A stretch of DNA of 64,000 nt from Balanoglossus misakiensis (lineage: Eukaryota; Animalia; Hemichordata), in NCBI GenBank assembly GCA_040954595.2, contig CM082593.2, forward strand, positions 4,109,434 through 4,173,433. The letters run 5' to 3'. Positions 1-9,508 of this stretch are shown piece after piece. A program made the position numbers and the translations under genes. Each line of letters opens with the position of its first letter. Positions within the stretch are counted from its first letter, which is position 1. Under the pieces are notes generated by a model. It did not search any database. It worked only from the letters and a program-made list of their open reading frames with translations, and was not told the DNA's origin.

Positions 1-2044
1 TTTTGGTGTTATTGTCATTTCTGGACATTTTTCATGGGTTATAGCTCACGAAAATTGACTAAAAGTGGCCATTTTCCGACTTCCAGGATTTTGGTGTTTG
101 TGTCATTTCTGGACATTTTTCATGGGTTATAGCTCATGAAAATTGACTAAAAGTGGCCATTTTCCGACTTCCAGGATTTTGGTGTTTGTGTCATTTCTGG
201 ACATTTTTCATGGGTTATAGCTCACGAAAATTGACTAAAAGTGGCCATTTTCCGACTTCCAGGATTTTGGTGTTATTGTCATTTCTGGACATTTTTCATG
301 GGTTATAGCTCACGAAAATTGACTAAAAGTGGCCATTTTCCGACTTCCAGGATTTTGGTGTTTGTGTCATTTCTGGACATTTTTCATGGGTTATAGCTCA
401 CGAAAATTGACTAAAAGTGGCCATTTTCCGACTTCCAGGATTTTGGTGTTTGTGTCATTTCTGGACATTTTTCATGGGTTATAGCTCATGAAAATTGACT
501 AAAAGTGGCCATTTTCCGACTTCCAGGATTTTGGTGTTTGTGTCATTTCTGGACATTTTTCATGGCTTATAGCTCATGAAAATTGACTAAAAGTGGCCAT
601 TTTCCGACTTCCAGGATTTTGGTGTTTGTGTCATTTCTGGACATTTTTCATGGGTTATAGCTCATGAAAATTGACTAAAAGTGGCCATTTTCCGACTTCC
701 AGGATTTTGGTGTTTGTGTCATTTCTGGACATTTTTCATGGGTTATAGCTCATGAAAATTGACTAAAAGTGGCCATTTTCCGACTTCCAGGATTTTGGTG
801 TTTGTGTCATTTCTGGACATTTTTCATGGGTTATAGCTCATGAAAATTGACTAAAAGTGGCCATTTTCCGACTTCCAGGATTTTGGTGTTTGTGTCATTT
901 CTGGACATTTTTCATGGGTTATAGCTCATGAAAATTGACTAAAAGTGGCCATTTTCCGACTTCCAGGATTTTGGTGTTTGTGTCATTTCTGGACATTTTT
1001 CATGGGTTATAGCTCATGAAAATTGACTAAAAGTGGCCATTTTCCGACTTCCAGGATTTTGGTGTTTGTGTCATTTCTGGACATTTTTCATGGGTTATAG
1101 CTCATGAAAATTGACTAAAAGTGGCCATTTTCCGACTTCCAGGATTTTGGTGTTTGTGTCATTTCTGGACATTTTTCATGGGTTATAGCTCATGAAAATT
1201 GACTAAAAGTGGCCATTTTCCGACTTCCAGGATTTTGGTGTTTGTGTCATTTCTGGACATTTTTCATGGGTTATAGCTCATGAAAATTGACTAAAAGTGG
1301 CCATTTTCCGACTTCCAGGATTTTGGTGTTTGTGTCATTTCTGGACATTTTTCATGGGTTATAGCTCATGAAAATTGACTAAAAGTGGCCATTTTCCGAC
1401 TTCCAGGATTTTAGTGTTTGTGTCATTTCTGGACATTTTTCATGGGTTATAGCTCATGAAAATTGACTAAAAGTGGCCATTTCCGACTTCCAGGATTTTG
1501 GTGTTTGTGTCATTTCTGGACATTTTTCATGGGTTATAGCTCATGAAAATTGACTAAAAGTGGCCATTTCCCGACTTCCAGGATTTTGGTGTTTGTGTCA
1601 TTTCTGGACATTTTTCATGGGTTATAGCTCATGAAAATTGACTAAAAGTGGCCATTTTCCGACTTCCAGGATTTTGGTGTTTGTGTCATTTCTGGACATT
1701 TTTCATGGGTTATAGCTCATGAAAATTGACTAAAAGTGGCCATTTCCGACTTCCAGGATTTTGGTGTTTGTGTCATTTCTGGACATTTTTCATGGGTTAT
1801 AGCTCATGAAAATTGACTAAAAGTGGCCATTTTCCGACTTCCAGGATTTTGGTGTTTGTGTCATTTCTGGACATTTTTCATGGGTTATAGCTCATGAAAA
1901 TTGACTAAAAGTGGCCATTTCCGACTTCCAGGATTTTGGTGTTTGTGTCATTTCTGGACATTTTTCATGGGTTATAGCTCATGAAAATTGACTAAAAGTG
2001 GCCATTTTCCGACTTCCAGGATTTTGGTGTTTGTGTCATTTCTG
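1..2044. repeat. 88-bp tandem satellite array (~23 copies, runs off the left edge)
   Basis: Unit TTTTGGTGTTTGTGTCATTTCTGGACATTTTTCATGGGTTATAGCTCATGAAAATTGACTAAAAGTGGCCATTTTCCGACTTCCAGGA recurs at 1, 89, 177 and onward with only rare substitutions or 1-bp deletions. Confidence 0.98.
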
Positions 2045-2344
2045 AAATGATTTTGTCATTATTTTAGCGTTTGTGAGTTGTAAATCCATGCATATGACAT
2101 GAAAATGCCAGAATGTTAAGTCATGCATGTGTTCTATTGCATTAAAGGCTGTAGTCAGTCTTTTTCTCTAATTGTTTATGTTCTTAAACTTACCTCCATT
2201 TTTCTTTGCATTGCAGTGAGTTTATAAAGTCGAGGTGAAATCAACTAAATGCTCAGGCGAATGCTTATACTACTGATAGGATCCAAGAGTAACGTTCAGG
2301 TAGGACTGAATCAATCTCAATCTGAGTCACACACACTGATAGTT

Positions 2345-2945
2345 TTTTCTAAGTGTTTTTTAATGTTAAAGTATAGAGTTAAAGTATAGAGTAAAGCCTG
2401 AAAAATTTCTAAGTGTTTTTTAATGTTAAAGTATAGAGTAAAGCCTGAAAAATTTCTAAGTTTTTTTTAATGTTAAAGTATAGAGTTAAAGTATAGAGTA
2501 AAGCCTGAAAAATGTCTAAGTTTTTTTTTAATGTTTAAGTATAGAGTAAAGCCTGAAAAATTTCTAAGTGTTTTTTAATGTTAAAGTATAGAGTAAAGCC
2601 TGAAAAATTTCTAAGTGTTTTTTAATGTTAAAGTATAGAGTTAAAGTATAGAGTAAAGCCTGAAAAATGTCTAAGTTTTTTTTTAATGTTTAAGTATAGA
2701 GTAAAGCCTGAAAAATTTCTAAGTGTTTTTAATAAGTATAGAGTAAAGCCTGAAAAATTTCTAAGTTTTTTTTTAATGTTTAAGTATAGAGTAAAGCCTG
2801 AAAAATTTCTAAGTGTTTTTAATAAGTATAGAGTGAAGCCTGAAAAATTTCTAAGTGTTTTTAATAAGTATAGAGTGAAGCCTAAAAAATTTCTAAGTGT
2901 TTTTAATAAGTATAGAGTAAAGCCTGAAAAATTTCTAAGTGTTTT
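2345..2945. repeat. AT-rich minisatellite, ~42-60-bp units
   Basis: Core AAGTATAGAGTAAAGCCTGAAAAATTTCTAAGTG repeated about a dozen times, with variable T-runs and occasional internal duplication of GTTAAAGTATAGA. Confidence 0.95.
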
Positions 2946-3155
2946 TTTTTTTTTTACAAAAAAGCAGACACCAAGGATTGAAATTTATTGTATTTTATTT
3001 CATTTTCATATTTCATATTTCATATTGAAATTTAACTCGTATTCACTTGTCGTTTCAGGTCTATCTGTTCAATGGTTGATGACCAATCGAAAGAAGTGGA
3101 GTCCAGCCGGGATCTGAAAAGACAAGGCAAGTGTTAGAAAATGCAAGTTATGTAG

Positions 3156-3229
3156 GGGGCATACACAAGTTTCAAAAATTTTCTAAGTCAAAGAAAACTT
3201 AGAAAATTTTTGAAACTTGTATATGCCCC
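3156..3229. repeat. Inverted repeat/hairpin, 33-bp arms, 8-nt loop
   Basis: GGGGCATACACAAGTTTCAAAAATTTTCTAAGT (3156-3188) pairs with ACTTAGAAAATTTTTGAAACTTGTATATGCCCC (3197-3229) with one mismatch. Confidence 0.93.
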
Positions 3230-3369
3230 AACGTGGAGGTATAGACAAATTTCAAATTTTTAGCGTTTCTGACTTAGTTTTTTTTTTTGGCTTTTTATAT
3301 GCCATCCCTAGCCCCCACCCTAACCTCCCCATGAGTGTCCAGCAGAGACTAATAAATCTCTAGCACAAC

Positions 3370-3547
3370 TCTTACTTCGGTTGAGCTAAGTTCAAATTTT
3401 TTTTTACAAGTGCATTATGGGCATCATAATCTATGCAAGATCTTTTCAGATGCAAAACATTTTTGCATTAGAAAAGATCATGCATAGATTAGGATGCCCA
3501 TAATGCACTTGTAAAAAAAATTTGAACTTAGCTCAACCGAAGTAAGA
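3370..3547. repeat. Near-perfect ~178-bp palindrome (foldback/MITE-like)
   Basis: TCTTACTTCGGTTGAGCTAAGTTCAAA... at 3370 is the reverse complement of ...TTTGAACTTAGCTCAACCGAAGTAAGA ending at 3547. Pairing continues to the centre near 3458 with a handful of mismatches. Confidence 0.95.
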
Positions 3548-4039
3548 CACACACACAATTACATTGCTAAGTTATTCTCCTAATCTAATTTTTATTTTCG
3601 TCCTTAGGTGCAGGGAGATTGCCATGGTATGGGTTGTACACATCAATTAAGATTTAATGCAGTTTTGGAATCTATCAATCGTACAATATTCCTAAGTTTT
3701 AAAACTATTGACAGTTATACATGCACACATTCTAGACTGCCTATTTCTATTATTGTCAGAGCATTTCAAACTTGTCCGCTTATTTTATAAAGTAAATAAA
3801 AGAATTGCGTTATTCGAGAGAAATTGTCTGTTCTGTCTTTGTGGTGACCCTGACATTCATTACGAACATTAGCTGTGATTTTTATCTAAAATGCAATGAA
3901 ATTGCATTATGCTATTTTAGGAACTGGATCAAAGTCTTCTGAATTGACTGGAAATTAACATCCCTTATGGAAGTACCTGACTCGGAACATGCTAAAGGCA
4001 ATTTCAGATTTGAATAAAGTGAGGAATACTGCAAATTTT

Positions 4040-4832
4040 TTAACTAGAAACACTCTCAAATTTGAATTTCAAAATGGCCGCCAAAATTTACTGAGAAACA
4101 TACTCAAATTTGAATTTCAAAATGGCCGCCAAAATTTGCATCAATGCTACAAAGGAACTTTAAATTAAACAGTTTTGTGTGACTCTCCTGACAGAAACTG
4201 CAGAAATAATGCTATATATTTACTGAGAAACATTCTCAAATTTGAATTTCAAAATGGCCGCCAAAATTTACTGAGAAACATTCTCAAATTTGAATTTCAA
4301 AATGGCCGCCAAAATTTGCATCAATGCTACAAAGGAACATTAAAGTAGTCAGATATTGAACTTTAAATTAAACAGTTTTGTGCGACTCTCCTGACAGAAA
4401 CTGCAGAAATATTGCTATATATTTACTGAGAAACATTCTCAAATTTGAATTTCAAAATGGCCGCCAAAATTTACTGAGAAACATTCTCAAATTTGAATTT
4501 CAAAATGGCCGCCAAAATTTGCATCAATGCTACAAAGGAACATTAAAGTAGTCAGATATTGAACTTTAAATTAAACAGTTTTGTGCGACTCTCCTGACAG
4601 AAACTGCAGAAATATTGCTATATATTTACTGAGAAACATTCTCAAATTTGAATTTCAAAATGGCCGCCAAAATTTACTGAGAAACATTCTCAAATTTGAA
4701 TTTCAAAATGGCCGCCAAAATTTGCGTTAATGCTACAAAGGAACATTAAAGTAGTCAGATATTGAACTTTAAATTAAACAGTTTTGTGCGACTCTCCTGA
4801 CAGAAACTGCAGAAAATATTGCTATATGTTTA
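4040..4832. repeat. 203-bp tandem array (~4 copies), each unit containing a doubled 48-bp subunit
   Basis: TACTGAGAAACATTCTC recurs at 4221, 4424 and 4627 (period 203) and again 48 bp later within each unit. Every subunit carries CAAAATGGCCGCC. Confidence 0.95.
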
Positions 4833-4869
4833 CAACTATCAGTTTAGCAGATTATACTACATGAATCTC

Positions 4870-5048
4870 TGGGGATCATCCAATATAAGATGACCACTGT
4901 TACTTCATTTGGCTATCCAGACAACCTCGCAACAGCCACAGAGATCAGAACACCTGACCCCTGGGGATGGTCAAATAAGATGACCATGCACCAAGACTGT
5001 TACTTCATATGGCTATCCAGACAACCTCGCAACAGCCACAGAGATCAG
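4870..5048. repeat. Two-copy ~80-90-bp direct repeat
   Basis: CTGGGGAT...AAGATGACCA...CTGTTACTTCATWTGGCTATCCAGACAACCTCGCAACAGCCACAGAGATCAG at 4870-4948 and 4961-5048. Confidence 0.9.
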
Positions 5049-6083
5049 TAATTTACTCAAATAAAAGACTGTTTAGACTATTTGACAGGGGAGGGGGGAC
5101 CTGTATTTTGCTAACACTACTAAACTTGGCAATGCCCAGACACATCCAATAAAGTACACACATACAACATATATAGTAACACTGTAATACATTTCTCTGC
5201 CAGATTTATTTACTCGTTATTATTGTTCAATATTAAAGTGACCTATTTTGATATGAAGATTTCTATGCTGTTTGATTTCGTGAAAGATGCTGTTGGCAAT
5301 GTTTGGTTATTTGAGGAAACCGAGATGACATAAAGGTAGGTTTTTTGTTGACAGGTTGGCAAACAAAATTTTCTTTTTACATTCAGCAAGAGGTAAAATT
5401 TTGACATTTTGAAGCTGTGAATCGTCAATATTTTGTAGACCAAGAGACTTTATGAAAGTTTGCAATGAATTCTTAATATCGCAGAAAGGTCAAAAAGAGC
5501 GTCTTTGTGACTTTAATTTAACATAATTCTGCACCAACATCTTCCATTGTCATTGCAACATGTTTGGGTTGTCCGTATTCCACTGCTTGGATGAACACAT
5601 CTACATTTGTATCTGATAAACTGTGTGGGACTAACCTGCACTAGCTAATCTTATGGCAAGACAATTATAGATTTTGCGAAGTCATCTGCATACTTGTAAT
5701 TACTCCTTGTACTTCGTTGGCATTTTTGGACAAGAAAAAAATATAAAATGTACATGACTTTTAACAACTGCCTCAACGAACATAAAAAAAAAATTATCTA
5801 GCGAGTCCACGCGAACACGATTGTCTGCCATCACGTATCTGACTGACTGAATCTTAATGAGTAATTGTAATGAGTGACGTACCTTCACTGCCCCATTGAA
5901 GACCACGCGTTCAGTTGGGCTGGCCAGTTTTGAACGGGTCCCTAAAAACAAATGAAGATGACAATAGGTTAATCTTACAATAAATAGAATGACGATTCCG
6001 TTCCACAGCTTAGAATAGGGGTAGGCAAATTGTCAGTGGGAGTCGTATCAGCTCAGTGTATCATCCGCGACTTTGAAATAATT

Positions 6084-6519
6084 TTAACACTTCCTATATT
6101 TTGTCATGGTTAAAACATGCCGTTTCGGTAAACATTTCGAAAGTCCGGTACTTCTAGCGTTAAAACTCCGCTCATGACAGGCTTTTGTTAATTTTAAGAA
6201 GAGGGAGTTGTACAAGCTCAAAATGACAGCCGTAACTTTGTAAAAAAAAATCTTAACACCTCCTAAATTTTGTCATGGTTAAAACATGCCGTTTCGGAAA
6301 CATTTCGAAAGTCCGGTACTTCTAGCGTTAAAACTCCGCTCATGACAGGCTTTTGTTAATTTTAAGAAGAGGGAGTTGTACAAGCTCAAAATGACAGCCG
6401 TAACTTTGTAAAAAAAATCTTAACACTTCCTAAATTTTGTCATGGTTAAAAAATGCCGTTCCGGTAAACATTTCGAAAGTATGGCACTTCTAGCGTCAAA
6501 ACTCCGCTCAGGACAGGCA
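6084..6519. repeat. ~168-bp tandem repeat, ~2.6 copies
   Basis: TTAACAC..CCTA..TTTTGTCATGGTTAAAA.ATGCCGTT starts at 6084, 6253 and 6420. Confidence 0.93.
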
Positions 6520-7206
6520 AGTTTCATGAAGGAAAATATACCACTAAAATGACAGAAATGAAATTGTCTCAAGTCGCTTTTATGAATTTAGAGAAGCAAA
6601 AACAGAACTTGGTACCTCCAGTGAAGTAAATTTGAACAAAGCGTGCGCGCAAAATGAACAACAAACAGGTCCAACGTTAACACGGCATTTCTCCATGCTT
6701 GGGCCAAAGCCACCCCCGACAAATACTCAAACGGTGGTTCTGGACAATTTTGCTCGAATTGGACATGGTTTTGTTCACAAAATGGTACAAAAGCCATTAC
6801 TTACCACAACTGATGACATCTTCAGCGAGAAGTACGTCCAAGGGTGGAATTCGGGAGGTAAAATTGAGTTTTTTACTGGAAAAGTCAGAGAAAAACGGCG
6901 TGGCCATGAAAAAGCGACTTCAACTCGCCTCAGTATTCATAATCAGCCGTGTATCTCTATTGATAAACAAATTTTGCCTGGACAGACTGACCATTCAAAG
7001 ACTGCTGATAGGCAAAGCTGCCGAAAATGATTTGCATAAATAAATAATTATCACCGCTAATTGAGAACCAGCAGACCAGCTGAGTTCATGCAGGAAACAG
7101 CCAATCAGTGACTTGTAATCATTCGAATAAACCAATCAGGAAAAAGCAATTATTTATGGCAGTAAATGTGTCCCCCTCCCACATTAGAAAATTTTGTAAA
7201 ATAAAG

Positions 7207-7500
7207 GGGTTATAGCTCATGAAAATCATCCAAAAATGACAATTTTTCGACTTTGCGGAATATCAAAATTTCTTCATTTTTTTGAAAAAACCATGGGTTA
7301 TAGCTCATGAAAATCATCCAAAAATGACAATTTTTCGACTTTGCGGAATATCAAAATTTCTTCATTTTTTTGAAAAAACCATGGGTTATAGCTCATGAAA
7401 AACATCCAAAAATGACAATTTTTCGACTTTGCGGAATATCAAAATTTCTTCATTTTTTTGAAAAAACCATGGGTTACAGCTCATGAAAATCATCCAAAAA
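7207..7500. repeat. Second 88-bp tandem array (~3.3 copies), homologous to the 1-2044 satellite
   Basis: Period of 88 (GGGTTATAGCTC at 7207, 7295, 7383, 7471). Shares CATGGGTTATAGCTCATGAAAA and the downstream ATTTTYCGACTT with the first array. Confidence 0.93.
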
Positions 7501-9288
7501 AAATGGTCCCTAAAATAAATTCAATGAATCGATAAATCACTCCTGCCAATATGATATCAGTTCTTTCAGCAATAAGTTGAAGGCGAACGGTGAACTTAAA
7601 AGTCTGTTAATGACGATATACATTTCTACATTACAGCTCGTAGCAACCATTCCTTTGCCGTATCCGTTGCTTCCGTTTCAACTTTTACGATGAATGGTTG
7701 CAATATCCTCTTGAGTTCGGTTTGGTGTCAGCTAATATCACGTAAATTAAAAGTAAATTCGGTTTGGCAGGCGACTGCACGGCGCGGTGCTTTCCATTAT
7801 TGCCCGCCATTACGCCAACAGATTTAGCATTGAATCGGAACAATACGGTACACACGTAGTATATAACATGCGATGTTGACGTTCACTTTACCCTTCCCAT
7901 TGAGATTGTAACGACGTATTGTGTCGAATAACCGGATGATTTCACATTTTGGAAAGGGCCTCAACATAAAGGAAGATTAATGCGATTGCCATAGTAACAT
8001 ACGCGCTTTAATAATGCCCGTATGTTCCGATGGTCTGCAATCATGTCTGCATTTACTTGTGCCAAGTCACGTCTTAAACGCTTCTTGAAACTAATCTTTC
8101 ATCGAATTGAAGACGCTTTCCTGGTTTACCTTCAGCCATCATTAAACCACTCTCCTATTAGATGAATCTCAATGGTGTCGTACAATGACACTTGACGTCT
8201 GCCTGAATGACCTGTTTGACAGCGATTTATTAGAACGAGCCGTTTTAGATGCCACGAGAACAGTTATCGTGTCACGTCGCCGGTTTGAGCTATCATTCAC
8301 CCTTGTTAATGTTATCATACCTGTGTAATGATGTCTGGTGTGTGCTCGCGTCAAGTTTAAAGTGACGTACTGTACACTTTTTCCACCTCGGAAGAAAATC
8401 GTGACGTCATAACTGCCACAGAAAGCATTAGAATCTGGCCTTCTGGACTACAATATTAGTACGAACACGAGGCAACAATAGGTATATTAATCCTAACAAT
8501 AGAACTTGTTTGAGTAAAATAGTGATCCTGTGTTTGTCAATACGACCAACTATAGTATTACAGCGTCATTCTAATGTGTTTCTGTTGCCGTATTTACCGA
8601 CAACGTGTAGTGGCAAATCTAATATGAATATATTGAACTTCCACGGGTTATTTGCATAAGTAATGGCTTCGGTCTGAAATATGAAATATCGTGTTTACCC
8701 TCGTCGTCCGACAGTACCGTAATCAAAGCTTTAGTTTACGTTATACTGAAATTTACGATTCGTTTGACAAATACCATCAAATAATTACCCTGCATTGACG
8801 GAGGACATTGCACCCACCCGAGTTATATGAGGCCTACACAGATAATTTCGATACTGTGGTAACCATGAACGAGGTCCACTTGTTGCATGAAAAATGAATT
8901 GTTCAAAACATCTCGGCGGGAGGTTAAAGTATAGAAACTGATTTCCATTTTCTAATGACCTTCAATTACTGTGACCGAAAATCGCAATATTAAGCAGCAG
9001 CGGGCGACAACATTAAATCATTTTTGGGCGAAACGCGGGGCACATATATTTAATTTCTAATAACGATACGTCCTATGCAGTCGAATCATCGCCGCAGCCA
9101 CGATGAAGCAGTAGTATATTAAGCATTCAAAATGATGTAAAAATCGATTTCCACATTAAGTGACCCGTCGCCGTGTAACCCGAGAATGGAAACTCCTTTA
9201 AACGCGAAAGGAAAGTCGAGAGAGAAAAAAATAAATATTGGCTGCCATCTGCAAGGCATCCCTAGCATGCAGTGGAAGCGCGACTTGA

Positions 9289-9316
9289 GTCGCCATGGTG
9301 ACACTACGCTGCCAAT
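9289..9316 (+). promoter_or_regulatory. Proximal promoter of the Ly6 gene: RFX X-box-like palindrome plus CCAAT box
   Basis: GTCGCCATGGTGAC (9289-9302) fits the RFX X-box pattern. CCAAT lies at 9312-9316. The site is CpG-rich and ~200 bp upstream of the ATG at 9509. Confidence 0.5.
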
Positions 9317-9508
9317 CAGGGTGCATGGAGAAAGTGTCTAACAACGTTGGTAATTCCGCGTTACAACTGTATTAAAGGCAAGTGGCGGTTGATCCGAGAG
9401 CAACAGTTTTCTGTCGGCGCGTGGCGATCTCGCGGTTTGTCGTCGATTATCTCCTTGTGTTAATAGCGGGCCAGCGGTTGAAAGGACTGGCGTAGGTATG
9501 ACACAGCG

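Larger units (their letters stand above)
1..7512. mobile_element. Probable repeat-laden non-autonomous DNA element or nested elements (right end only)
   Basis: Dense stack of unrelated tandem arrays and palindromes, bracketed by related 88-bp arrays, ending abruptly at GGTCCCTA (7505-7512). The same octamer occurs at 5937-5944. No transposase, left end or TSD is visible, so this is inference. Confidence 0.35.

Noticed and set aside
1-2044. CRISPR-like array
   Set aside because: Units are head-to-tail with no unique spacers, there are no cas genes, and the context is eukaryotic.
2686-3117. 143-aa ORF of KYRVKPEKFLSVFN repeats
   Set aside because: Translation of 42-bp minisatellite units; the upstream units break the frame freely.
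5515-5635. Minus-strand Cys-rich stretch (YKCRCVHP..TCCNDNGRCWCR) resembling a transposase CXC tail
   Set aside because: Only ~40 codons, ends in a stop, has no connectable upstream exon and no catalytic domain. Worth a tBLASTn but not supportable.
6588-7043. Overlapping 69-132-aa ORFs
   Set aside because: No recognisable domain, and the overlapping frames give no consistent signal.
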